DNA from: Terriglobia bacterium
Lineage (GTDB): Bacteria; Acidobacteriota; Terriglobia; JAJPHL01; JAPKYU01
Assembly: GCA_965206645.1 (NCBI GenBank)
Contig: CBDBKE010000004.1
Location: 1,728,001 to 1,792,000 of the forward strand
Direction: 5' to 3'
Length of the DNA: 64,000 nucleotides
This document shows positions 37,146-47,446 of this stretch, piece by piece; the first letter of the stretch is position 1; each line of letters opens with the position of its first letter. The notes below the pieces were generated by a model. The model saw only the letters and a program-made list of their open reading frames with translations. It was not told where the DNA came from and made no database searches. A program made the translations under genes and the position numbers.

Positions 37146-40100
37146 CTAGAATAAAAGTTTCAGACCAAATTGGATGCGACGTGGATTCTGCGCTGACAAA
37201 ATACGGCCAAAAGTGGGCGAACCCACAAAGATATCCGGCAGATCAAAATTGGCTCGGTTGAAAAGGTTGAAGGTCTCAGCCCGTATTTGGAACGTCCAGC
37301 CCTCCTTGAGGACTATGTTCTTGAGCAGCGACAAATTGACGGTCTGAAGGCCAGGCCCTTCCAAGATATTCCTGCCGGAATTCCCAAAACGACCCCGGGG
37401 CGGAATGGAAAAAGCGTCTGTGTTGAACCAGCGTTCCGCTGTCGGATGATTTAGTTGTGCATCGCCCACCCGGTCGGGCCGATCATTGGCACCAAAGCCC
37501 AGTATGGACCTGCCGGTATTGCTGTTGTCGTTCTCCGGAAGCAGCGCCACAGTGAAGGGGCGCCCGCTCTGGAAGGTCAATATACCGTGAGTCTGCCAAC
37601 CTTCCAGCACGGTGGAAAGCCAACCTGAACGATTCAAAACAGCTCCCTGCGTGCCAATCGGCAGGTCGTAGGAATAACCGACGGAAAGACGGTGCCGGAC
37701 GTCGAAATTGGACCGGCCTCGTTCGGCTCGAACGTTCTCGCTGTCCTGGGGAAAGTTGGGATCGCCGGTGCTGGAGAAAAAACTGGAAGCGTCATCTAGG
37801 GATTTCGACCAGGTGTAGGCGGTTAGAAGCGACAGCCCCCGATGCAGACGCTGCTGGAATCGAACCTGGAACGCATGATAGGTGGAGTTGCTGCGCGACT
37901 CCAGAAGATTGATGTCGTCAAACTGAAGCACCGGCCGCGGATTGGGCTGCAGCGCGCTTGGGCGGGGTTGATTGATATCGCGCGCGGTCAGCAAGTTCGT
38001 TCCCTTGGAACCCACATAGGCCACCTCCAGAACGCGCCGCTCGCCCAGTTCCTGCTGGACGTTCAGATTCCAGTGCTGAACGTACGGGCTCCGCAAATCC
38101 CTCTGAAACGCCAAGGCCGAAGAAGGCAGCGGCAGCGGGAAGAATTCGGGAAACGGATCGTCCAGGGTCAGCGAAAAACCGGGGAAACCTGGAAAGAGGA
38201 AATCTGGAGGAAGGGGGAAGTAAAGCTTGAAATCAAAAAATGGGGCGTTGAAATAAAGTCCCTCTCCGGGAGCCAGCGATGCCTGATCGTAGAAGACGCC
38301 ATAGCCGGCGCGCAGGACGGTGTTCTTGTTCCCTGGTGACCAGGCGATGCCCAGTCGGGGGCCCCAGTTGTTCTTGTCGGCCTTATACCCGCTCCGCGGT
38401 ATTCCGCCCGAGCCTACCGGGACCAAAGCCTGGGTTGCCGGATCGTAGACATTGGCCCGGTCCTCCGCGTCCACTGGCGGCGAGGTATATTCATAACGGA
38501 TTCCTGCTGTAAGGGTCAGATTGGCACGGATCCGATAAGTGTCATGGACGTAGAAGTCATAGCTCTCCGTACGGAGGTGCTGATGATTGTCCACACGCGC
38601 GCCCCCGGCAAGTGTGGGAAACCCCAGCAGCAGGTCGGCGAGCGGATTTCGAGTCAGACCAACAAAGTTGAGGAAGCCTCGCGATTGCACGTCGCGAAAC
38701 GCATTCTGCTGCAGGATTCGGAAACCGAAGCCGAATTTCAACACATGTCGCCCATGCGAGTATGTGGCGTGATCCAACAATTGGAAGGTGTTCGAGACGC
38801 TATGCTGGGGATTATTAGACTCATCTCCCAGTGGAGAAAATCCGGACACGGTAATGAGACTGAGACCAAAATCTCGCGGCTTGCTGGAAAGTTCCGGCAA
38901 GCCCACCAAACGGTTTACGCTCTTTCCCAGGTTCTCATGGAAGGCGCCGGAAGCCACCCGGTTGAATCCGGCACGCACCTCGTTGATAAAGACCGGCGAG
39001 AGAACATGAATGCCGCTCAGCATCAGGTTTTGGCCTCTCTGCGGCACGTCCGTTCCGTAGCCGGGAACAGCAGCAAACCGGGGTCCGGAGAAGGGCTCGA
39101 AAAGCGTCTGGTCGGCAAGACTATAGCGGAACGACAAATCGGCAGACTGCCCCAGGGAGTGATCGAGCCGCGCGTCGAAGTGATCCTCTCGATCCCGCCG
39201 CGATGGAGAGGAAACGAAGTTCTGCGGGGTGGCAGGCCGGTTGGGCTCTGGAAACAAGGCAGCAATGCTTCGGCCAACGGGATGCAGGCGCGCTTCCGGG
39301 ATTTTGCCATCCGGAAAGGGCGCTCCGGTGAACGGATCGATTGGAACCCCCAAACGGCTCAGGGAGAAATCGCCCCCGCGTTCCTGAAGCGTCGGGACAA
39401 CGGCGCCGCTGGTGATTCCCTCGCGTACACGGCGACCTTCGTAATCGGAAAAGAAGAACGTCCGGTCCTTGCGGACGGGCCCGCCCAGCGAGAAACCAAA
39501 TTGATTCCTCTGATATTGTGGGTTCGGAGGGACGAAAAAATTGCGGGCACCCACAGCTTTGTTTCGGAGAAATGCGTATACGCTTCCATGCACCTTATTG
39601 GTGCCGGATTTCAAGACAACGTTGACCTGTCCCCCGACATTGCGTCCGAAGGAAGCGTCGTAGGTGCTGGTCAGAACCTCAAATTCCTGGATTGCGTCGA
39701 CCGGGGGATTGACATTAAGCCCGTTGAGTTCGGGATCGCCATTATAGACACCGTCCAGAAGGAAATGATTTGAGTCTTCCCGCGCCCCATTGAAATGGAT
39801 GGCGTCTCCCCGAACGGAACCGGCTGAACCCTGGGCGGCGGGAACCGCTCCCGGCAGCAGCAGACTGAGTTCGAAAAAGTTGCGACCGTCCAGGGGCAGG
39901 CCAAGGATTTGCCGGTTTTCAATCACGACGCCAAGCGCTGCCGACTGCGTTCTCAGCAGGGCGGGAGTTCCCGTCACAACCACTGTTTCCTTCACGCTAC
40001 CCAAGTGCAATGCCACTTCAATCCGTAACTCCTGGTTGACCTGCAGAACCAGATTTTGGACGTGCTTCCTGTAGCCAGCCCGTTCGGCTTCCAGGCGATA

Positions 40101-40328
40101 GGAACCAAGCGGCAGCGAGGAAATAACGAACTCGCCCTGCGCGTCACTCACCGCTGTTCGCGTCTTATTCGTGTCCTGGTGAACCAGCGTGATCCGGACC
40201 CCGGGAACAGAGGCCATCGAAGGGCCGGTGACCAGCCCGCTCACAGAACCATGGAGGGATTGAGCGCGCCCCGGAAAGGACAGCAAAGTCAGCGAAAGGA
40301 TCCAGGCGAGGCCGATTCTTGCGTGCAC
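37146..40328 (-). CDS. TonB-dependent receptor 1 (Oar-type, N-terminal carboxypeptidase-regulatory-like domain)
   Basis: [31 protein letters not shown]-terminal [15 protein letters not shown] 40328 precedes a signal peptide. Confidence 0.93.
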   Translation of the reverse strand: MHARIGLAWILSLTLLSFPGRAQSLHGSVSGLVTGPSMASVPGVRITLVHQDTNKTRTAVSDAQGEFVISSLPLGSYRLEAERAGYRKHVQNLVLQVNQELRIEVALHLGSVKETVVVTGTPALLRTQSAALGVVIENRQILGLPLDGRNFFELSLLLPGAVPAAQGSAGSVRGDAIHFNGAREDSNHFLLDGVYNGDPELNGLNVNPPVDAIQEFEVLTSTYDASFGRNVGGQVNVVLKSGTNKVHGSVYAFLRNKAVGARNFFVPPNPQYQRNQFGFSLGGPVRKDRTFFFSDYEGRRVREGITSGAVVPTLQERGGDFSLSRLGVPIDPFTGAPFPDGKIPEARLHPVGRSIAALFPEPNRPATPQNFVSSPSRRDREDHFDARLDHSLGQSADLSFRYSLADQTLFEPFSGPRFAAVPGYGTDVPQRGQNLMLSGIHVLSPVFINEVRAGFNRVASGAFHENLGKSVNRLVGLPELSSKPRDFGLSLITVSGFSPLGDESNNPQHSVSNTFQLLDHATYSHGRHVLKFGFGFRILQQNAFRDVQSRGFLNFVGLTRNPLADLLLGFPTLAGGARVDNHQHLRTESYDFYVHDTYRIRANLTLTAGIRYEYTSPPVDAEDRANVYDPATQALVPVGSGGIPRSGYKADKNNWGPRLGIAWSPGNKNTVLRAGYGVFYDQASLAPGEGLYFNAPFFDFKLYFPLPPDFLFPGFPGFSLTLDDPFPEFFPLPLPSSALAFQRDLRSPYVQHWNLNVQQELGERRVLEVAYVGSKGTNLLTARDINQPRPSALQPNPRPVLQFDDINLLESRSNSTYHAFQVRFQQRLHRGLSLLTAYTWSKSLDDASSFFSSTGDPNFPQDSENVRAERGRSNFDVRHRLSVGYSYDLPIGTQGAVLNRSGWLSTVLEGWQTHGILTFQSGRPFTVALLPENDNSNTGRSILGFGANDRPDRVGDAQLNHPTAERWFNTDAFSIPPRGRFGNSGRNILEGPGLQTVNLSLLKNIVLKEGWTFQIRAETFNLFNRANFDLPDIFVGSPTFGRILSAQNPRRIQFGLKLLF

Positions 40329-40338
40329 GGAGCCCTTC

Positions 40339-40367
40339 TTGACAGCGTTTTGCACGTAAGCGACAAT
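40339..40367 (+). promoter_or_regulatory. Promoter TTGACA-N17-GACAAT for the GT4-ABC operon
   Basis: Perfect -35 at 40339-40344 and -10 at 40362-40367. Confidence 0.55.
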
Positions 40368-40525
40368 GCGGGCGAAACGAACTATACCTATACTACAGCG
40401 TCCAGCAATAGTGAAGCACGTTGTCGAAGCGGACCTGCACGTAAGAACCGAAGCGTCCCGAAACACGCTGGACGCGTGAGTCCGCGACATTGTGCAATGG
40501 CATTTGATCCGGCTATCGCCTTGAG

Positions 40526-41857
40526 ATGAAGATCCTCCTGATCACCGCCGGTGCCGCCCGCATGTACTGTGGAAGCTGTCTTCGAGATAACGCTCTGGCG
40601 GCAGAGCTGATGTCCCAAGGCCATGAAGTGATCCTTCTCCCCATTTACACACCCACTCGGACCGACGAGCCGAACGTCAGCCAGAGCAGAGTGTTCTTCG
40701 GGGGAATCAATGTGTATCTTCAGCAACGCTTGGCTTTGTTTCGCAAGACGCCCTGGCTGCTGGACAGGCTGTGGGACTCTCGCCTGGTGCTGCAGGCGGC
40801 CACCCGAGGCTGGGTCCAAACCGAGCCCCGCCTGCTGGGCGAGCTCACGATCTCAGTGTTGAAGGGCGAGGAGGGCTTCCAACGTAAGGAACTCCTCAAA
40901 TTGCTGCACTGGCTCCGAACGCAGAGTCCCCCCGACGTCGTTAACCTTCCGAACTCCCTCCTGATTGGGCTGGCGCGTCCCTTGAAAAAGGAGCTGGGCT
41001 GTCCGGTCTGCTGCACCCTCCAGGGCGAGAATGTATTTCTGGAAGGTCTCGCGGAGCCCTACCGGAGCGCCGCTCTGGATTTGATTCGGGCGAACGTTGA
41101 GTTTGTGGATGCTTTTTTGCCGGTGAGCGAATACAGCGCCGAATTCATGTCCAAGTATCTGGGCATACCCGACGGCAAAATGCACGTGGTGCCATTGGGA
41201 ATCAACTTGAAAGGATATGCAGCCAGCAGGCGCCAGCGGTCCAACTGTTTCACTGTCGGCTACTTTGCTCGGATCACCCCAGAAAAAGGATTGCACGTGC
41301 TGTGCGAGTCGTACAGGCGCCTGCGGCAAGGAGACAACCTGCCCGCGGCCAGGCTGGAGGTGGCCGGTTACCTGGCCCCCGAACATCAAGACTATCTGCG
41401 TGCCATCGGGCGACAGATGGGGGAGTGGGGCCTGGACGGGGAGTTCCGCTACCGAGGTATTCTGGACAGAGACGCAAAGATCCGGTTTCTTCAAAATCTG
41501 GACGTACTTTGCGTTCCGAGCACCTACAGCGAACACAAGGGCATTTACTTGCTGGAAGCAATGGCCAACGGTGTGCCGGTGGTTCAGCCCCGGCGGGGCG
41601 CCTTCGCGGAAATCATCGCCAAAACGTCGGGGGGATTGCTGGTGGAACCGGATGATTGCGACCGTCTTGCCGAGGGGATTCTGGCCATCTGGAAAGATCC
41701 GGCCTGGGCGACAGAACTGGGGCGAAATGGCTCCAACGGAGTTCGCGAGCACTACAGCGTTGCTGGTATGGCCGGCCGCGCCCTGGAGGTCTACGCGAGC
41801 CTTCAGAGCGCGCTGAGCCAGCCTCAACAGCGCACCGCAGTAGCCGAGTGCAATTGA
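40526..41857 (+). CDS. GT4 glycosyltransferase with N-terminal CxxC motif
   Basis: [35 protein letters not shown]. Confidence 0.88.
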   Translation: MKILLITAGAARMYCGSCLRDNALAAELMSQGHEVILLPIYTPTRTDEPNVSQSRVFFGGINVYLQQRLALFRKTPWLLDRLWDSRLVLQAATRGWVQTEPRLLGELTISVLKGEEGFQRKELLKLLHWLRTQSPPDVVNLPNSLLIGLARPLKKELGCPVCCTLQGENVFLEGLAEPYRSAALDLIRANVEFVDAFLPVSEYSAEFMSKYLGIPDGKMHVVPLGINLKGYAASRRQRSNCFTVGYFARITPEKGLHVLCESYRRLRQGDNLPAARLEVAGYLAPEHQDYLRAIGRQMGEWGLDGEFRYRGILDRDAKIRFLQNLDVLCVPSTYSEHKGIYLLEAMANGVPVVQPRRGAFAEIIAKTSGGLLVEPDDCDRLAEGILAIWKDPAWATELGRNGSNGVREHYSVAGMAGRALEVYASLQSALSQPQQRTAVAECN

Positions 41858-41885
41858 ACGAACGGCTCGACCGAGGTCTTGCCCT

Positions 41886-42551
41886 TTGCTCGAAGTCACT
41901 AACCTCACCAAAGAATATTCAGGTCCGCGGGGTCCACTATCCATCCTTTCCGGAATAAACCTTTCTCTCTCCCGCGGAGAGGCGGTCTCGATCATGGGGC
42001 CGTCAGGCAGCGGCAAGAGCACCTTGCTGTATATCCTCGGCGCCTTGGAACAGCCCAGCGCGGGAACGGTCAGCTTGGACGGCGAGAACCCGTTTGAGCT
42101 GAGCGAAAGAGAGCTGGCCGCATTCCGGAATAAGAAAATCGGGTTTGTCTTCCAGGACCACTGCCTGCTGCCGCAGTGCTCGGTTCTTGAGAACGTGCTA
42201 ACTCCGAGTTTGGTCGCAGGCCCAGGCAACGATTACGTTGCTCGGGCACAGAGGCTGCTGGAGCAGGTGGGCTTGGCGGAACGCCTCGAGCACCGCCCAG
42301 CCGAACTTTCCGGGGGTGAAAAGCAGCGGGTGGCTCTGGCGCGCGCGCTCCTCATGGAACCGTTGTTGCTGCTCTGCGACGAGCCCACGGGCAATCTGGA
42401 TCGCCGTTCGGCCCAGGGGGTAGCCTCCCTGTTGCTGGACCTGCACCAGCGTCAGGAGACCATCCTGGTGATGGTCACCCACAGCACCGAGCTGGCCGCC
42501 CGGTTCCCCGTACGATTTGAATTAGTTGGAGGACAGCTCCAACGAGCGTAA
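41886..42551 (+). CDS. LolD/MacB-type ABC ATP-binding protein
   Basis: GPSGSGKST, FRNKKIGFVFQ, LSGGEKQR, DEPTGNLD, VTHS. Confidence 0.93.
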   Translation: MLEVTNLTKEYSGPRGPLSILSGINLSLSRGEAVSIMGPSGSGKSTLLYILGALEQPSAGTVSLDGENPFELSERELAAFRNKKIGFVFQDHCLLPQCSVLENVLTPSLVAGPGNDYVARAQRLLEQVGLAERLEHRPAELSGGEKQRVALARALLMEPLLLLCDEPTGNLDRRSAQGVASLLLDLHQRQETILVMVTHSTELAARFPVRFELVGGQLQRA

Positions 42552-45500
42552 TGCGGACAGCCACCCTCCTCAAGCGTAGTCTTACCCACTGCTGGCGCAC
42601 CAACCTGGCGGTTGTGGCGGGAGTGTCCATTGGTGTGGCAGTGCTGGCTGGCGCCTTGCTGGTAGGAGATTCCGTCGGTGCCAGTTTGCGAGACTTGTTC
42701 CTGCTGCGGCTGGGAAGGGTGGACCACGCCATTTCTTCCTCCGGCTTCTTCCGCGAAAAGTTGGCCGTCGATCTGCAACTGCGTAGCAGGTTCTCGGAGG
42801 CCTTCCGGGCGGCATGCCCGCTGATTATGCTGGAAGGACTCGTTAGGCACCAGGAAAGTGGTCGCCGCGGCTCTGGCGTCCGGGTGTACGGTGTGGATGA
42901 ACGTTTTTGGAAGTTTCATGGAGATCCAGGAGCGCGACGCTTCGGCAACGGCGAGGTCTTCCTTAGCAGCACGCTGGGGCAGGAACTGGGAAGCGAGACC
43001 GGCGATTTCATTCTGGTCACAATCCAAAAGCCCGAGGCCGTTCCCGCCGAGTGGCTGCACGGCCGAAAAGGTAGCATCGGCAGTACCATCCGATTGAACC
43101 TTCGCGGGATACTTCCTGCCTCAGCCCTTGGGGAGTTTTCTATCCATCCTCAGCAGGGCCAGGTTCGCGCCGTCTTTGTCCCGTTGCGGCGGTTGCAGCA
43201 GGAGCTGGGGTTGGAAGGCAAGGTCAATACCATTCTGGTGTCGGAGAGGGATCCGAGGACGGATGCAGCCAGCGCAGCCAGGCTGGAGCTACTCGGAAAA
43301 CTTTTGAAAGACACGTTCACGCTGGAAGACCTGGGGATCCAGCTCAGCGTGCTGGAAAAGCGCCGTTCCCTGGTGCTGGAAAGCGACGGCGGACTGGTCG
43401 GCGATCCTCTGGCTCAAGCGGCCCGCGCGACAGCCAACCGCCTGCGCCTGCACAGCTCGGCTATTTTCACGTATCTGGCGAACAGTATCCGTTCCGGTTC
43501 GCGCGAAATCCCTTATTCACTAGTGACCGCAATAGATCGCAAAGGCTACGAGCAACTGCAACGCGGGGCAACACGGAAAGCGCCGCAACCATCCCCTTCC
43601 GCGTCGTTGCCGGCCCCTTCCGCGTCGTTGCCAACGATCGTGCTGAACGATTGGTCAGCGCGCGACCTGGCTGCTCGAGTCGGCCAAATTGTCTCGCTGG
43701 AATACTACGTTTGGGAAGAACAGGGGCGCCTCCTGACCCGCAGGGCGCAATTTCAACTTACTGGCATAGTTCCCATCGAAGGGGCCGCGGGTGACCCGGA
43801 TTTGGCTCCACAATATCCCGGAATTACAGACTCGGACAACCTGGGGGATTGGGCCCCCCCGTTCCCCATCGACTTGGGTCGTATCCGGCACCAGGACGAG
43901 CAGTATTGGGACCAATACGGAACTACGCCGAAAGCTTTTGTCCGGCTGGAAACGGGACAGGAGCTCTGGCAGTCGCGCTTCGGAAAGCTAACCTCGCTGC
44001 GCCTATTTGTTGAGGAGCCAGCAGTCCCGCCGACCACGGGTTCCGGCTCCGACCAGCTACAGGCAGCGCTGAAGTCCTACCGAAAGAGCCTGAAGACCGC
44101 GCTAGACCCCGTCCAGATGGGCTTCTCCATTTCCGCAGTGAGAGTTCAGGGGCTCCAGGCATCTCGAGGAGCTACCGATTTTGGAGAATATTTTCTTTAT
44201 TTCAGCTTTTTCCTGGTGATTTCCGCGCTGCTGCTTACAGGACTCTTCTTCAAATTAGGAGTGGAACAGCGTCTGGCGGAGATCGGCATTCTTCGAGCTA
44301 TTGGTTTCCCCAGTGCCAAAATTCGGGCTCTCTTTTTGAAAGAAGGTCTCACCCTGGCGACGGCCGGCAGTTTGCTGGGCCTGGTCGGCGCCCTCGCCTA
44401 CGGCTGGCTCATCATGCACGGGTTACGTACCTGGTGGGCAGCTGCGGTAGGCACCAGACTCCTGACCTTGCATATTTCTTTTACCTCGCTGGTCCTGGGC
44501 GGGGTGGGCGGCATTCTGATGGCCATCATTTCCATCGCCTGGACTCTGCGGGGCCTTCGGCCAACGACACCCCGCGGCCTGCTGAGTGGCACGGTCGAAA
44601 GTGCTCGCCAGTCTGCTTCGAAAAGCCAGAGGGCATTCTGGCTAGGTGCCGCATTCAGCCTGCTCGGTTGCGTACTTCTAGTGAGCGCGTCCAGACAATG
44701 GATTGAGCAAGTGGCCGGCTTTTTTGGCGCCGGCATTGTTCTGTTGTTGGCCCTCCTTTCTTATCAATGGGGCTGGCTTGTGAAGGGTCGAAGGTCACTT
44801 CTTAGCGGAAGTGGAGTGCAGGGCATGTCGCGGCTAGGGTTCCGCAACACAACCCATCGCCCGGGACGGAGTATCCTCTCGATCGCCCTCATTGCCTCGG
44901 CCACATTCATCATCGTTGCCGTAGGGGCCTTCCGGCCGAGCGAGCCGGCCGCTCTTGACCCAAAGTCAGGCACGGGCGGCTTTCCGCTCCTGGCAGAATC
45001 GCTCCTTCCGGTCCACTACGACTTGAACACAGATTCCGGCAAGGAAGGCCTGAATCTGTCGGTGAGCGAAACCTCGGCGCTCGAAAAGGTGACGTTCGTG
45101 CCGTTTCGGCTGAAACCCGGAGACGATGCCAGCTGCCTGAATCTGTACCGGCCTCAGAATCCGCGAATCTTGGCCGCCTCCAGCGCCTTCATCAGGAATG
45201 GTCGTTTCTCTTTTCAGAAGTCTCTGGCCAGCACTCCTGAGGAAAAGGAAAATCCCTGGCTGCTTCTCGAGACGGAGCAAGCCGACGGAGCAATCCCCGC
45301 CATCGCCGACTTCAACTCAATGGAGTACGTTCTCCATCTCAAGCTGGGCGACGAATTTCTCTTCGAGCGGGAGACGGACCGCCCGGTCCGAATGCGCATG
45401 GTTGGCGCGCTGGCAGACAGCGTTTTTCAAAGGGAACTTCTGATTTCGGAAAAGCATTTCCTGCGCCTTTTCCCGGACCAGCAGGGATCCCGCTTCTTCC

Positions 45501-46006
45501 TGCTCGACATGCCTTCTCACCAGGTCGAGCCGTTGACCGGGGTGCTGGAGGAAGGCCTGGCTGATTACGGGTTTGATGTCGTTTCAACCGAAGGTTTGCT
45601 GGCTGCTTTCCATCGCGTCGAGAACACTTACATTTCCACGTTCCAGACCCTGGGGGGCTTAGGTCTGCTGCTGGGAACGCTCGGGCTGGCCGTGGTTTTG
45701 TTGCGCAACGTTCTGGAAAGGCGACGGGAACTGGCGCTTTTGCGGGCCCTCGGGTTCCGCTCGGCGGATCTGGGTTTGATCGTGATCGCAGAGAATGCGC
45801 TGCTGCTCTTCGGCGGATTGGTGACCGGCGCAGTCTCCGCATTGCTGGCTATCGTGCCGCCATTCTTTATCCGCGGCAGTCAGTTTCCTGCCCTGTCGCT
45901 GTGCTTGACGCTGCTCGCCGTGCTTGTGACTGGGGTGGCGGCATCCGTGCTGGCAACGATGGCCGCGATACGTTCTCCCCTGTTGCCCGCCTTGCGCGCA
46001 GAGTAG
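42551..46006 (+). CDS. Large double FtsX/MacB-like ABC permease (1151 aa)
   Basis: Two permease modules (EQRLAEIGILRAIGF; ERRRELALLRALGF), each with a large periplasmic domain. TAATG overlap with the ATPase. Confidence 0.9.
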   Translation: MRTATLLKRSLTHCWRTNLAVVAGVSIGVAVLAGALLVGDSVGASLRDLFLLRLGRVDHAISSSGFFREKLAVDLQLRSRFSEAFRAACPLIMLEGLVRHQESGRRGSGVRVYGVDERFWKFHGDPGARRFGNGEVFLSSTLGQELGSETGDFILVTIQKPEAVPAEWLHGRKGSIGSTIRLNLRGILPASALGEFSIHPQQGQVRAVFVPLRRLQQELGLEGKVNTILVSERDPRTDAASAARLELLGKLLKDTFTLEDLGIQLSVLEKRRSLVLESDGGLVGDPLAQAARATANRLRLHSSAIFTYLANSIRSGSREIPYSLVTAIDRKGYEQLQRGATRKAPQPSPSASLPAPSASLPTIVLNDWSARDLAARVGQIVSLEYYVWEEQGRLLTRRAQFQLTGIVPIEGAAGDPDLAPQYPGITDSDNLGDWAPPFPIDLGRIRHQDEQYWDQYGTTPKAFVRLETGQELWQSRFGKLTSLRLFVEEPAVPPTTGSGSDQLQAALKSYRKSLKTALDPVQMGFSISAVRVQGLQASRGATDFGEYFLYFSFFLVISALLLTGLFFKLGVEQRLAEIGILRAIGFPSAKIRALFLKEGLTLATAGSLLGLVGALAYGWLIMHGLRTWWAAAVGTRLLTLHISFTSLVLGGVGGILMAIISIAWTLRGLRPTTPRGLLSGTVESARQSASKSQRAFWLGAAFSLLGCVLLVSASRQWIEQVAGFFGAGIVLLLALLSYQWGWLVKGRRSLLSGSGVQGMSRLGFRNTTHRPGRSILSIALIASATFIIVAVGAFRPSEPAALDPKSGTGGFPLLAESLLPVHYDLNTDSGKEGLNLSVSETSALEKVTFVPFRLKPGDDASCLNLYRPQNPRILAASSAFIRNGRFSFQKSLASTPEEKENPWLLLETEQADGAIPAIADFNSMEYVLHLKLGDEFLFERETDRPVRMRMVGALADSVFQRELLISEKHFLRLFPDQQGSRFFLLDMPSHQVEPLTGVLEEGLADYGFDVVSTEGLLAAFHRVENTYISTFQTLGGLGLLLGTLGLAVVLLRNVLERRRELALLRALGFRSADLGLIVIAENALLLFGGLVTGAVSALLAIVPPFFIRGSQFPALSLCLTLLAVLVTGVAASVLATMAAIRSPLLPALRAE

Positions 46007-46064
46007 TGAGTAGCCTGCTCAGAGACGAATTGGGAGTTCTTGTTTTTCCTCAAGCAACACAAGT

Positions 46065-47406
46065 ATGCTTGCCCTTGTGGAGCCGGTCAGCCGAAAAGGA
46101 AGACAATTTCCCGCCACAAGAAAACGACTACGCAATAGGAGTCTTTTTTTCTGCTCCTGTTTGGTTTTTCGACCGTCGTCCTCGCCGAGAATTGGCCGCA
46201 ATGGCGGGGCCCGCATCTAAATGGAGTGAGCGGGGAGAAGAACCTACCCGTCCGCTCTGGAGTACCGAGAAAAACATAGCGTGGAAGCTTGCGATGCCCA
46301 GTTGGAGCGCCTCCACTCCGATTATTTGGGGTGACTACGTCTTCCTCAACGTAGCAGATGGAAGCGATCTCTATCTGTGGTGTGTGGACAGAAGAAAGGG
46401 CGCGCCCATCTGGAAAAGACACCTGGGAGGCGGCAACGTCAAGACGCGGAAGCAAAATATGTCGTCTCCGTCCCCGGTCACCGATGGAAAGAACGTGTAT
46501 GTCATGAGCGGCACCGAGATTCTCAAGGGGTTTACCTTTGCTGGCAACCAACTGTGGGCGCGCGATATCCAGAAGGATTACGGCCGCTTCGGCTTGGCGC
46601 ATGGGTATGCCTCCTCGCCGCTCTTGTTTGGGGATTCTCTTTACATTCAGGTCCTGCACGGAATGAAGACCGACGATCCTTCCTACGTGCTTCGTATCGA
46701 TAGAAAGACCGGAAAGACAATATGGAGAGTGGAGCGCCCCACGCAGGCGATTCGAGAATCTCCAGATTCCTACTCGACGCCGACCCCTCTGCGCTACGGC
46801 AATCGGACGGAAATTGTGGTCTCCGGCGGCGATTGCGTCACCGGGCACGACCCGGCCACTGGAAAGGAGCTATGGCGGGGCAACGGCCTGAATCCGGACA
46901 AGGAGCCATGGTACCGCATCGTCGCTTCTCCGGTCGTGGCCGAGGGCATTGTCTACGTGCCGACCCGCGTGCGTCCTTTGCTCGCCTTTCGGGCCGGTGG
47001 GCGCGGCGATATTACCAACTCGCACCGAATCTGGTCCTTTGAAAAGGGGCCGGATGTGCCGACTCCGATCACCGACGGCAAGTACTTCTACATCGTTAAT
47101 GATCGCGGATTGATGTGGTGCCTGGATGCCAAGACCGGCCGAAAAATGTGGGAGCCAGAGCGCATCCAACCGGGAACCTATAGCTCCTCTCCCGTACTCG
47201 GTGATGGAAAGATTTATGCGACGAACGAGGATGGGCTAACGACTGTGGTCCGGGCAGGTCGCCAATTTGCGGTTCTCGCAGAAAACCACTTCAACGAGTA
47301 TTGTCTGAGTTCCCCGGCAATCTCGGACGGCCAGGTCTTCCTCCGCACCGCCCAGTATCTTTACTGCGTCGGAAGACGCGCCTCGGGCAACGCTGCTCGT
47401 CAGTAG
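46065..47406 (+). pseudogene. PQQ-like beta-propeller protein B with a frameshifted N-terminus
   Basis: Signal peptide [13 protein letters not shown] plus [23 protein letters not shown] is in a different frame from [10 protein letters not shown]. Shifts at ~46144-46150 (T7 run) and ~46256. Confidence 0.75.
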
Positions 47407-47446
47407 CTGGGGCCACCCAGGTCAATCCGCACCCTTCCGCTGGGGC

